IMG/VR virus record: IMGVR_UViG_3300044974_000943
DNA: 64,000 nt
Strand: one strand, 5' to 3'
Source: a virus
The position numbers and the translations under genes were made by a program. Every line of letters begins with the position of its first letter. The first letter of the stretch is position 1. The notes below the pieces were generated by a model, which searched no databases, had not been told where the DNA came from, and saw nothing but the letters and a program-made list of their open reading frames with translations. This document shows positions 45,538-54,370 of this stretch, piece by piece.

Positions 45538-46207
45538 CTTGTGCGTTCTCCAAAATAATGTTGCCAAACAAGCTCTTCTTGATGAAGTCAAGTGCCACTG
45601 GGTCAGGCTTATTAAGTGCCTTGTCAATAGTTTTGTCCCACTCAACTGCAAATTCCCACGAACGGTTTTCAAATCCTTCTTTAGGTTGAAATGGGGCTAC
45701 TTCTTTTTCTGCATCTGAGACGTAGCCGAACATACTTTCACCCATAGATTCTGCCATTTTCCTGAGGTGTTCCGATGCTGCCTTTTCTACTTTTTCGACC
45801 ACATCGCCAATCTTTTCCAAAGGGGTTTTCTCCGAAGTTTCGTACTCAAAATCGTTGATGTGAAACTCTGGGTAGCGAATTTCAGGATATTGCTTGACTG
45901 CCTTACCATTAAAGAACAATGAGCGATATTCTCCACCACATTCACCATCACTAACAGATAAGCAAAAACAAGTATCGCGAAAATTATTGAATATAGGCAA
46001 CAAGTCATTAATATACATCCAACTGAAAGGGTCATCTGGAGTATGTAAAAATTCAACCCCCAAATCTAAATCCTCAGTGTTCTGCAACACAAAGTTTTCT
46101 GGTTGCACAGTTAGTACTTTTTGAGCAATAACAATAGCGATTTCGTGTAAAGACTTGTCTGAGTAGTTTTCTAGAATTGAGATACTGTAGCGGCGAGGGT
46201 TACTCAT
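45530..46207 (-). CDS. Hypothetical protein
   Basis: 225-aa ORF. Confidence 0.65.
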   Translation of the reverse strand: MSNPRRYSISILENYSDKSLHEIAIVIAQKVLTVQPENFVLQNTEDLDLGVEFLHTPDDPFSWMYINDLLPIFNNFRDTCFCLSVSDGECGGEYRSLFFNGKAVKQYPEIRYPEFHINDFEYETSEKTPLEKIGDVVEKVEKAASEHLRKMAESMGESMFGYVSDAEKEVAPFQPKEGFENRSWEFAVEWDKTIDKALNKPDPVALDFIKKSLFGNIILENAQDA

Positions 46208-46437
46208 AAATAATAAGGCTCCGTCAAAGTGCGAACAAAAATAAGCATAATCTGCAATCCAAACACAGTCAATACTACTATCAACAGATATTCGAGCATC
46301 AGTTTATAGAGTTGGTCAAAATCAAACATAGCTTCGCTCCTCTAAATATGGAAAAGGGACACCGCAGCGTCCCCCTATAAATTTGTTGCTTTACTCGCTC
46401 AATAAATATAGGTAGGAGTAAAGCGTGTAGCTCGTCT

Positions 46438-46911
46438 CTACTTCGATTCAGTGAGTTTACCGACAAATACCGCTTCATTCTTGCTTCGTGACTCCACTGG
46501 AACTCGGATATCAAGTACACCACCTTCATAACTCAACACAGGTGCTGAAGTGGCGACTAGGTAGCTAGGAATCTTGCTAGAGAATTTCCCTTTACCCGCA
46601 CGTTCAGTCCAAGTGAGTTCGAGCTTGTTGTCTTTGGTTATTGTGGCAGTAGCGGAAGTTTTATCGAGGTTGAAGATACCAAGGGAGACGATAAATTCGT
46701 GCTTACCATTGTTAGCATCGTAGATATACCCGTTCTCGAAAACAGCTGTAGGTGAGAGAAGTTGTTCGCGTTCGGCAGTAGATGCTTTAGCGTAGAGAGA
46801 GTCCTCTTTTATTTTTCGCTCTTGAGCAGCCACTACATTTTCAGGTGTAGAAAGCAAGTCGATTAAATCGTCTAAATAAAAACTTCCAAAAGGTAGTGTT
46901 CTGTATGTCAT
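46438..46911 (-). CDS. Hsp20/alpha-crystallin small heat-shock-like protein
   Basis: GKFSSKIP..LSYEGGVLDIRVP and C-terminal V-x-V. Confidence 0.65.
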   Translation of the reverse strand: MTYRTLPFGSFYLDDLIDLLSTPENVVAAQERKIKEDSLYAKASTAEREQLLSPTAVFENGYIYDANNGKHEFIVSLGIFNLDKTSATATITKDNKLELTWTERAGKGKFSSKIPSYLVATSAPVLSYEGGVLDIRVPVESRSKNEAVFVGKLTESK

Positions 46912-46920
46912 AGTTGTTAG

Positions 46921-47328
46921 TTATTCAGGAAATGTTGTAAAATCGTCGTGTACAAGATTGATATTTTCAGTATCGCTTACAGTTGGTTCTGGTGCAATAC
47001 TTCTTTGGGTAGGTGTTACCGCTTTTTTGGTTGCGGCTTTCCGAACATTCTTGACAACAGGTACAGGAGCTTCTTGTACAGGCTCTGGTGAAGCTTCCAA
47101 GGCACGGAAGGCTTGTAATGACTGTTGCGCCACATTCAAACGATTCAGTAGCCCAAATTCTCTACTTTTAGCTTCCTCTACTTTGCGAAGTTCAGAGTTG
47201 AGGAAATTAATTTCAGTTTCCAGTATCGACAGGATATCTACCGATAAGTCTTGTTGAGCTTTCTCATTCACAAGTTCGGGTAACGAGGATGGTCGCGTGT
47301 AGCGCTTGTTATTTTGTAGTAGTGGCAT
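46921..47328 (-). CDS. Hypothetical coiled-coil protein
   Basis: ORF. Confidence 0.6.
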   Translation of the reverse strand: MPLLQNNKRYTRPSSLPELVNEKAQQDLSVDILSILETEINFLNSELRKVEEAKSREFGLLNRLNVAQQSLQAFRALEASPEPVQEAPVPVVKNVRKAATKKAVTPTQRSIAPEPTVSDTENINLVHDDFTTFPE

Positions 47329-47929
47329 CTTTAGGTTTAGTTTTGCGAGGTGTACTGGTGCGTCGAGGAGTGGCTTCCTCGTAGGGGTTTTTGATTTTTG
47401 CGTCTTCTTGTTCAGCTAGGGCTTCGTTAAGCCATTGATATTTTTCATCATCGCTGTCAAGGTCTTCGTCATCATTATAGTGCGAGTAGTCGAGGAAGTT
47501 GTAGCCCTTGCCATTTTTTAGGTCGAAGCTAACCCAAAATTCGTCTAGCGACTCGGCAGAAAAGAATGTTGTAGGTGAAAGCAAGATAGCGCTATGATGG
47601 TCAAGCTCAAAGTCTTGGCGAAACTTTGCCCCCTTCCTAGACTGAATAAATTCTTTGACAGCTTGATACTCTAACCACCCAAAGGTGAAATATATAGCTA
47701 CCTTACGACCGTAGATTTGTAAGATGGTGTTATAACAAGCAAGTTCTTCCCAAGTTGTTGCTTCGTTGAGGTCGAATCGGTCGCGTTTAAATTTCTCAAC
47801 AGCTTTGGGTAAATTTGCGTTGCACCAAGTACGAAGTAGGTCGATGTCGAGGCGCTTGAGGCGGATTTGCGGGTAGTCTAGTTGTCGAATGAGGCTGCTG
47901 ACTCGAAGGCGAATGTCATGTTTTACCAT
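47309..47929 (-). CDS. Hypothetical protein
   Basis: 206-aa ORF. Confidence 0.7.
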   Translation of the reverse strand: MVKHDIRLRVSSLIRQLDYPQIRLKRLDIDLLRTWCNANLPKAVEKFKRDRFDLNEATTWEELACYNTILQIYGRKVAIYFTFGWLEYQAVKEFIQSRKGAKFRQDFELDHHSAILLSPTTFFSAESLDEFWVSFDLKNGKGYNFLDYSHYNDDEDLDSDDEKYQWLNEALAEQEDAKIKNPYEEATPRRTSTPRKTKPKDATTTK

Positions 47930-48022
47930 TAAGACTTGTTGCTCCCGTCAGTACCTACAAGCCAGATAATCAACTGGCATACAGCTACAGTGCCAAATGT
48001 AGCGATGAGAAATACTATGAAA

Positions 48023-48322
48023 CTAAGCATATTTTGTCTTTTCCTGATTATTTATTTTTAAAATTTCACTTCCAGCACTATCATCTAGTACTGTAAAAAG
48101 AGTCTCCTCTGCGACTTCAGATTCTTTGCTGATAAGTAGTCTGGGGGTAGTTGTGTCTAAAGATGTTTGCTGAGTATGGGAATAAACCGTAGCGTCAGCA
48201 GATTGAATACGATAACCAAAAAGACTCTCATCGAAAACTTTCTTACTGAAAATCTCAATGATAGTACCAAAAATTACGTTAGCTTTGTAAATGATAGCAA
48301 CTTTGTCGCCTAATACACGCAT
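48023..48322 (-). CDS. Hypothetical protein
   Basis: ORF. Confidence 0.6.
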   Translation of the reverse strand: MRVLGDKVAIIYKANVIFGTIIEIFSKKVFDESLFGYRIQSADATVYSHTQQTSLDTTTPRLLISKESEVAEETLFTVLDDSAGSEILKINNQEKTKYA

Positions 48323-48324
48323 AG

Positions 48325-48370
48325 AAAAAATTACAGAGTGGTTTACTGTTTTAAAGCTACCACTATGTAA
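48325..48370 (-). terminator. Probable intrinsic terminator after thyX
   Basis: ttacatagtggt..accactctgtaa (11 of 12 bp) followed by TTTTTT on the minus strand. Confidence 0.55.
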
Positions 48371-48387
48371 TTGAGGATTGTATCTAT

Positions 48388-49155
48388 CTAAAGAAATAGA
48401 TTGTCTTCGACGGTAGATTCTAGTCCGAATGCCTTTAAAGTATATTGAAACGGTTTGTCAGGGATATTTTCTATAAGATACAACATTGTGTTGGCTATAG
48501 ATTTTATTTCACGTTGAGCATGAGGCGAATTACGAAGTTTTTGAATATTGACAAAGCTACGAAAATTCATCTGCCAATCAAAGTTGAGTTGAGTATTGTA
48601 GCCGAGGAAATATCTCGCAGATTCTTTTGCACGTTTACGACCTAAAGGTTTCGAGATGTCTTTGACGGCTTGATGGTACAGTTTGAAGTGACGCTCAGAC
48701 TCATGTTTTAGTACGTCTGTCCAATACTGCCCTGATTCGTAACCAATTTCACCATTATCTTCGAGAAAATCTTCTTGCAAAGTCAAACCAGTCCAATCTT
48801 CAGGGATATAAAAGCGGTCAGCCACAAACTCCTTATACCTTGCAGATTCCGAATTGATTTGGGAAATACGATGTTTTAACGCATGTATGTGGCTTGCAAT
48901 ATCCCCTGTAATCTGGAAATCTAGTATACCCTTTTCCATAGGGGTGTGATGTCCCTCGCTGGCAAGGAAATCAAGTAATTCCCAAGGGGATTTCTTCTTA
49001 GTCTTAGCAATTGCCTCGAAGATAGCATCTACACGGTCGGGGATTGACTCTGGAAGCTTGATGCCAAGTTCTTCGGTAGTAGATTGCCAAGCGGAAATGC
49101 AAGAGCGCTTGTCGCCGCCATAATAGCCAATTAATTCAACTTTATTTTGCGTCAT
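48388..49155 (-). CDS. thyX: Flavin-dependent thymidylate synthase
   Basis: GHHTPME, KHRISQINSESARY (variant of RHRxxSxxxxSxR), ESARYFL, NFRSF..LR..HAQREI. Confidence 0.93.
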   Translation of the reverse strand: MTQNKVELIGYYGGDKRSCISAWQSTTEELGIKLPESIPDRVDAIFEAIAKTKKKSPWELLDFLASEGHHTPMEKGILDFQITGDIASHIHALKHRISQINSESARYKEFVADRFYIPEDWTGLTLQEDFLEDNGEIGYESGQYWTDVLKHESERHFKLYHQAVKDISKPLGRKRAKESARYFLGYNTQLNFDWQMNFRSFVNIQKLRNSPHAQREIKSIANTMLYLIENIPDKPFQYTLKAFGLESTVEDNLFL

Positions 49156-49310
49156 GGTTTTGCTTCTCGTTCTTGGATAGTGTGGTCTAAGTCGTAGTCT
49201 TCTTTTTTCTCTTTTACATAAGCTTCGGCTGATGGTCGAGACAGGAAAATTTCTTCTAATTGGGAATCTTCGTCACCGTAAATCCGCCGCCAAACTATAT
49301 AAACTGTCAT
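49152..49310 (-). CDS. 52-aa protein, paralog B
   Basis: MTVYIVWR..EIFLSRPSAEAYVKRKKE; read by hand; ATGA-coupled. Confidence 0.65.
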   Translation of the reverse strand: MTVYIVWRRIYGDEDSQLEEIFLSRPSAEAYVKEKKEDYDLDHTIQEREAKP

Positions 49311-49561
49311 GCTGCGTCTCTCCAACTTATGTCGTAGTGACCATCAGGATTTGCGTCAACCCATTTCACTGCGTAACCTAAATCTTGCAACCTAATTTTG
49401 GTAGCTTCTGAGATATCTTCTTTTTCTGCCCATAATAATTTGGCATGGTCAAGTCCTTCTTTCTGCTCTGTTACACAAAATGCAATCAGATATTCAAGGT
49501 CATCGTACATATTGTCATGTACTTGTAGATTTCTAACCGCATTCGCTGATAAGATTTGCAT
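49307..49561 (-). CDS. Hypothetical protein
   Basis: L.DLGY.V....Y.ISW small phage protein pattern. Confidence 0.65.
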   Translation of the reverse strand: MQILSANAVRNLQVHDNMYDDLEYLIAFCVTEQKEGLDHAKLLWAEKEDISEATKIRLQDLGYAVKWVDANPDGHYDISWRDAA

Positions 49562-49719
49562 CAGTTTCTTACCTTAAATTCTTTGATGGTGTGTTCTAAG
49601 TGGTACTGTTCTTTCTTCCTTTTTACATATTTTTCTGCTGCACTCAGAGAAGAAAAAATTTCTACCAATTCATCATTCTCTGATTCTTCCCAATATCTCC
49701 AAACTGTATAAACTGTCAT
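49561..49719 (-). CDS. 52-aa protein, paralog A
   Basis: MTVYTVWR..EIFSSLSAAEKYVKRKKE; read by hand. Confidence 0.65.
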   Translation of the reverse strand: MTVYTVWRYWEESENDELVEIFSSLSAAEKYVKRKKEQYHLEHTIKEFKVRN

Positions 49720-49739
49720 GCTGTATTTTCTCTCCGTTG

Positions 49740-50195
49740 TTATAATAGTGTACGTCTTGCTTCAAGGTGATTCAGAAGCCATCGATATTTTGTACTCTCG
49801 TCAACTACATTACCCTCAGCATCTACGTGGTAGTACAGAAAAGGAAGTGTCGATTCAGTAAACTCTTCTTGCCAGTACTCACTCCATTTCAATTTTTGGT
49901 CGAGCGCTTTTTTGATTTTTTCTTGAAGCTCGGCTGCGGGTAGTTGCTGCTTTTTAGGCAACGCTGTAAGTTGGGTAGCAAGAAGTTCAGTTTCCCAACC
50001 GTACACACGGCTCAGGCGGCTGTCTTCTTTGCTGCACAAACTATACCAGTAAGCAGCCACACATAGGAATCGTCCTTCAGGAGTATTTAATTCGCAGAGA
50101 GTACGAGGGGCGAGAAATTTGCCGATAAAAGTTGCTGCCTTAGAGTCAATCCTGATATGAGTTTTGCCGTCGAGGGTTGGGTCAATATTAGACAT
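49740..50195 (-). CDS. Divergent phage NADAR-like protein
   Basis: DGKTHIRIDSKAAT.IGKFL..EGRF.CVAAYWYSL..LPF.YYH resembles the recalled large-phage pattern DG.DHINI.SK..T.LG..L..G.F.SVEG.WYWL. Confidence 0.45.
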   Translation of the reverse strand: MSNIDPTLDGKTHIRIDSKAATFIGKFLAPRTLCELNTPEGRFLCVAAYWYSLCSKEDSRLSRVYGWETELLATQLTALPKKQQLPAAELQEKIKKALDQKLKWSEYWQEEFTESTLPFLYYHVDAEGNVVDESTKYRWLLNHLEARRTLL

Positions 50196-50483
50196 AATTC
50201 ACCTTGATTCCTTTTTCTGCACAATATGATTGAAATCCTGCGCCAGTCTTCAGCTTCTTGGCTAAGCGGATGTTGTTGGGATACTTGCCATTGACTTCGT
50301 AGTATTTCTCTACGTGCTTCTTGAGGTCTTCTAGTGTTAGTTCCATATTATTTCGCCCTCCTAAAATTCTGCTCGAAGTGTTTCATTCTCTTTTTGTAGG
50401 CTTTTTTCAATTTTTTGATTTGTTGTGCATCTAGTCCTCGCAAATCATCAATCTCACGATAACCTTCTAATTTTTTGACCACG

Positions 50484-50873
50484 TTATTTACCCATTAAGC
50501 GTTTAATATTCTCGATAGCTTCCTCAGTTTTTACACCTCCACTTGACCATTTACTGATACCTTTGGTGATATCTGCAACAGAAAAACCCGCATCTCTGCA
50601 CACTTGCCAGTGGGGAAGTAGACGACCCGCGAAGTCTTCATCAAACTCGCAGTTTACAAAATTAAAATGAAGTGATAGTCGCCAATTACCAACTCGAAGT
50701 CGTACTTGGTTATAGTCAGGAAAACATTCTGGGTGATGTTGTCCAAAATCAATGCGAGTACCAAAATCGATGAACGGAAGTCCTTGTTGCTTCCAATCAG
50801 TCATTGTGTACGGGTTCCAATTAGCTTTGGAGATGCCGTGAATTTGATGGAAGCGGTAGTTGAAGAATCTCAT
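50484..50873 (-). CDS. Hypothetical protein
   Basis: ORF. Confidence 0.6.
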   Translation of the reverse strand: MRFFNYRFHQIHGISKANWNPYTMTDWKQQGLPFIDFGTRIDFGQHHPECFPDYNQVRLRVGNWRLSLHFNFVNCEFDEDFAGRLLPHWQVCRDAGFSVADITKGISKWSSGGVKTEEAIENIKRLMGK

Positions 50874-50888
50874 GTTGTCAATATAAAT

Positions 50889-50913
50889 AAAAAGAGGGAC
50901 AATAGCATCCCTC
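50889..50913 (-). terminator. Intrinsic terminator after nrdB
   Basis: GAGGGA-tgctattg-TCCCTC-TTTTT on the minus strand. Confidence 0.7.
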
Positions 50914-50941
50914 CTAAGATGTAACTATGTCAAAGCTAGGC

Positions 50942-51679
50942 TCAAACGTAGTTAGCTGTGTTTCTGTTGTCCAACTCGAAGAAAGCTGGCATTCTACTTC
51001 TACGTGTTTCAGCCAACTCAGGGGCTACTCCACGATATAGGAGGGAATCTGATTGACGAATCCAGAAGTCCTTACTTGCATGATTAGGGTTGGCTGCTGC
51101 GGTCACTTCACCAACCTTATCTACCATCCAAGCGACAGTAGTTTTGCGTAAGCGGTCAAGATTAGTGGTCAGTTCGATTCCCATATCTTTGCAGAAAAGA
51201 GAATTGGTGACAACATGAATCTGCTCGTCCATTGAGATGTCACTAGAAACGGTTCTAAGGGCGCTATTACCTAGAAAACGTAAGATAGGGAGCAACACAA
51301 AGAATACAGAGCGCTCAAGCACCATAGCCTTAAGTACAGTATGTTCGGGTGCGTTTACCCAAGCGTTGACGATTGCGCTAGCTTCTTTGTCGTAGTTGTG
51401 CAACCGATTTCCAAATGAGTCAGCAGCGTATTGCAGAGCTTGGTCGTGACGAATCTCATCGACAATGTTGCTTTCGAGAAGTTCGAGGCTAGTTGCAGGT
51501 ATTTCCTTCTTAGTAGCAGCTTCGATAAAGTTACCGACAGGGATTTCGAGCGCTCTTAAGGCTAATGCTCTGGCAAGAACATCTTCAGCACCAGAAACTA
51601 CAGGTTCGTAGGTAGGGCGAACAGGTGTCCATTTTCTTTTTTTTGTGAGTAGGTCGGTGTAATTGGAAGTAGAAGTCAT
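50942..51679 (-). CDS. nrdB: Ribonucleotide reductase beta subunit, cyanophage-type class I
   Basis: Y..LL.KKRKWTPV, LEIPVG, DEIRHD, LERSVFF, DEQIHV ferritin-like ExxH pairs. Confidence 0.85.
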   Translation of the reverse strand: MTSTSNYTDLLTKKRKWTPVRPTYEPVVSGAEDVLARALALRALEIPVGNFIEAATKKEIPATSLELLESNIVDEIRHDQALQYAADSFGNRLHNYDKEASAIVNAWVNAPEHTVLKAMVLERSVFFVLLPILRFLGNSALRTVSSDISMDEQIHVVTNSLFCKDMGIELTTNLDRLRKTTVAWMVDKVGEVTAAANPNHASKDFWIRQSDSLLYRGVAPELAETRRSRMPAFFELDNRNTANYV

Positions 51680-51683
51680 GGCA

Positions 51684-53489
51684 TTATTCCGAGCAAGATG
51701 TGCAATGTATACGAGAAGATTCGGCTTGAGGTTCAAACCCGAAGATAGAAAAGTCAATAATTTCGCCACTAGGAACGGTAAAAGTTGACTTATCTTGTGT
51801 GTTGGGCTTGACGGGCAAGCTGTAGTATAGCGATTTAATTGGGCTATCGAGGAAGTCTTGAATGAATTTCTGGTCAGCGTAAATCATATCGCTCCACCAG
51901 TTCATGCTGATTGAGTGACCAAGACCTGTTGAATCCATCAAGCGTTGGAAATAAGAGTTCAGCTTGAAGAAGGTTTCCCAGCCCACTTCAGCAGCGATTT
52001 CAGTCTTGGGGTGGTAATCATAACTCTTGACACCAAAAGTAGCAGAGTCGCGTTCGATTGAGCGATTAATTGGAGGTGCGATTTCGGGTGCAGTTGTGTA
52101 TCCTTCGCGGTCTACGTGATTGTACGAGCAAGTTGCTGTTGGTGCGATGGTGAATGCTCTTTCCATCCCGTACTTTTTCGCAATTTCCGCACCCTTACGG
52201 TATCCAAAAATGAGCGAGTCAACAATATCTAAAGCTTTCTGACTATATTTTGTTGTAATAGGGTACTTACCATCCTTGAAGGCTAGTGATAAAGCCTGAA
52301 CTAACTCAAGATAAGTCACACCTTCAATAGCTAGCAAATTAGCTAATCCAAGTAAGCCGTAACCAACTTGACGGTCTTCTTCGGGCTTACGGTAGATACC
52401 AGAATCTCCCACACCTGTAATTGCGTGAAGTTGGCATAGAATTTCTACGCCTTCAGCCATTACTTGAGGAATTTCTTCGATAGTGCAAGCGCCAAGATTA
52501 CCGTGCATTAATAAACAAGTTGCTCTATGTTTAATAGCAATTTCAAGGCAGACTTGTAAATAGATGCGTTCGCCCTTAGCGTCGTATAGCTTCTTAACAA
52601 GCCAAACGTCACCGCCTTGCATTTTCTCGATTAGGTCAGCGAGAATTTCGGGATGAGAGATAATTAAATGCTCGTCCACATTAAGAGCGCGTTTAGCCCA
52701 AGAGACTTGTTCGCGAGTCATGTTTAGGAACTCGGAGACGTTTGGGTAGTCGTAGTCATAGTGGAGTGTGATTGCGCCATTTTTGAAGATGCCTCCACGA
52801 CGAAGTACTTGATTTAGAGTACTGTAGACACCAGAGAGGGTAGTGAGTGAAGTGTCGGAAATGTAAGCGTATAGTGCAGTATAAATTGCTTTGAAGCTGC
52901 TTGCACCAGATGCTGTTAGACCTTGTGAGTTTGTGGTTCCTTTGGTACGGAGACGGCTTAAATCTACTACGAGTGGACGAGTACCTGTGTAGTTAAGAAA
53001 CGCCAGCCAAGAGTTCTCAATAGACATTGCAAGAGATTCACTTTCTTCCATTGAATCAGCTACAGAAATCACATATTCATGGGTTTCAGGCTCCATGAAT
53101 ATTTCAGGTAAAACCGTACCATATTCATCTTCGCAGTTTTCACCTAGATAGACTCGCCACTCAAAGCTACGATTGATTGGTTTAATGTTTTCAGGTAAAT
53201 GAATCGCCACACCTGCTGCATTGCGTAATGCTTTCGATGTGAAAATAAAGCTTTCGTCGATATTGTTATCGTCACACACAAATACTGTACAGCTAACTGG
53301 TAAGCGTGAGCCGCTATTCTTCATCCAGTCCTTGATTCTGCCTGTTACAGCTTGTTTTCCCCATGTCGGGAATTTAGTAATGTCTAAAGTCACGTTTGAT
53401 TTTCTCGTTTGAAGTTTTATTATTTTAGCATCGAAGCTTTCTTTTCTGCAAGCATTTATGCAGATTCTTTCTTTAATTGTAGGAACCAA
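51684..53489 (-). CDS. nrdA: Ribonucleotide reductase alpha subunit, cyanophage P60/P-SSP7-like (true start possibly GTG at 53393)
   Basis: TGRIKDW..RLPVSCTVF, LRRGG.FKNGA, QVCLE, TCLL.H.NLG, RAFTIAPTATCSY, SLYY, C-terminal CTSCSE. Confidence 0.9.
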   Translation of the reverse strand: MVPTIKERICINACRKESFDAKIIKLQTRKSNVTLDITKFPTWGKQAVTGRIKDWMKNSGSRLPVSCTVFVCDDNNIDESFIFTSKALRNAAGVAIHLPENIKPINRSFEWRVYLGENCEDEYGTVLPEIFMEPETHEYVISVADSMEESESLAMSIENSWLAFLNYTGTRPLVVDLSRLRTKGTTNSQGLTASGASSFKAIYTALYAYISDTSLTTLSGVYSTLNQVLRRGGIFKNGAITLHYDYDYPNVSEFLNMTREQVSWAKRALNVDEHLIISHPEILADLIEKMQGGDVWLVKKLYDAKGERIYLQVCLEIAIKHRATCLLMHGNLGACTIEEIPQVMAEGVEILCQLHAITGVGDSGIYRKPEEDRQVGYGLLGLANLLAIEGVTYLELVQALSLAFKDGKYPITTKYSQKALDIVDSLIFGYRKGAEIAKKYGMERAFTIAPTATCSYNHVDREGYTTAPEIAPPINRSIERDSATFGVKSYDYHPKTEIAAEVGWETFFKLNSYFQRLMDSTGLGHSISMNWWSDMIYADQKFIQDFLDSPIKSLYYSLPVKPNTQDKSTFTVPSGEIIDFSIFGFEPQAESSRIHCTSCSE

Positions 53490-53668
53490 TCACCCAAGAT
53501 TTTGAACAGTTTGCGCTCTTGCTCAGATGTCAACTGCGTTTTAGTTTCAATTTCTACACGATTGTATGGATAGTTTGCATCTGGAGGAAACAGTCGAACG
53601 CCAATTGGTAGTCCGACTGTCGATTTCATCGGTGTGCCTCGATATGAGCAGATTATTTTATAGCTCAT
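53456..53668 (-). CDS. Small hypothetical protein
   Basis: ORF; start moved to MSYKII. Confidence 0.5.
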   Translation of the reverse strand: MSYKIICSYRGTPMKSTVGLPIGVRLFPPDANYPYNRVEIETKTQLTSEQERKLFKILGDWFLQLKKESA

Positions 53669-53933
53669 TAGGCTTAGGAGGTGCAATTTTAGCGGCTGTA
53701 ACAAGGAATCCAACAAGAAGACCAGATAACTCCTCTACAAACTTAGGGTTTTGCAACATCTGATAGATTTGAGGTGTGTTCAGAATAGGGATAATTGTAT
53801 TGTCGATAAATGCTTGAGCAAGTTTCTTTGTGGACATTGGAGCATCTGCGTCTTTGACTTCGGCAATGCGCTTGTTGAGTAGAGATAAATCGAAATTGTG
53901 GATAGGCTCGTCGGCTGGTGGTTCTAATAACAT
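53658..53933 (-). CDS. Hypothetical protein
   Basis: ORF; start moved to MLLEPP. Confidence 0.55.
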   Translation of the reverse strand: MLLEPPADEPIHNFDLSLLNKRIAEVKDADAPMSTKKLAQAFIDNTIIPILNTPQIYQMLQNPKFVEELSGLLVGFLVTAAKIAPPKPNEL

Positions 53934-53986
53934 ATGTTTGTAGATGGTAGAATTGTTGATAAAGATAATAGCACGAATATACAAAA

Positions 53987-54370
53987 ATGCAACACTTCGC
54001 TAACTTTGCTCTTGGAGATACGGAATTAGGTAATCTTAATCGTCAAGCATATGAAAAAGCTAAAAAAACTGGAGACTGGACTCAGTACAAACAAATGCAA
54101 GCTCAACAGAAGCAAACATTTGATAGTAACAGAATAAATACCGCCACACAGAATGCACAAGCAGCTACACAGGCTAAGAGAACAGCAGCAGCAGAAGCGA
54201 AAAGAGTTGCAGGTCTTGGTGTAGGCGGAAAAGTTAAGCACTATGGAGGAAAGGCGCTAGGTGCGGCTGGGAAATTAGGCGGAGTAGCATTAACGGCTAG
54301 TTACGTTCTTCCAAGCCTTATGAGCTTGATGCCACAGAAGCCTCAGCCTGAACAAGAGCCTCCCTACTAG
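53987..54370 (+). CDS. Ala/Gly/Gln-rich protein with MQHFANF tag (candidate internal virion protein)
   Basis: First 14 nt identical to ORF 3027; isolated + strand gene; TGG-TAGAAT upstream. Confidence 0.7.
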   Translation: MQHFANFALGDTELGNLNRQAYEKAKKTGDWTQYKQMQAQQKQTFDSNRINTATQNAQAATQAKRTAAAEAKRVAGLGVGGKVKHYGGKALGAAGKLGGVALTASYVLPSLMSLMPQKPQPEQEPPY

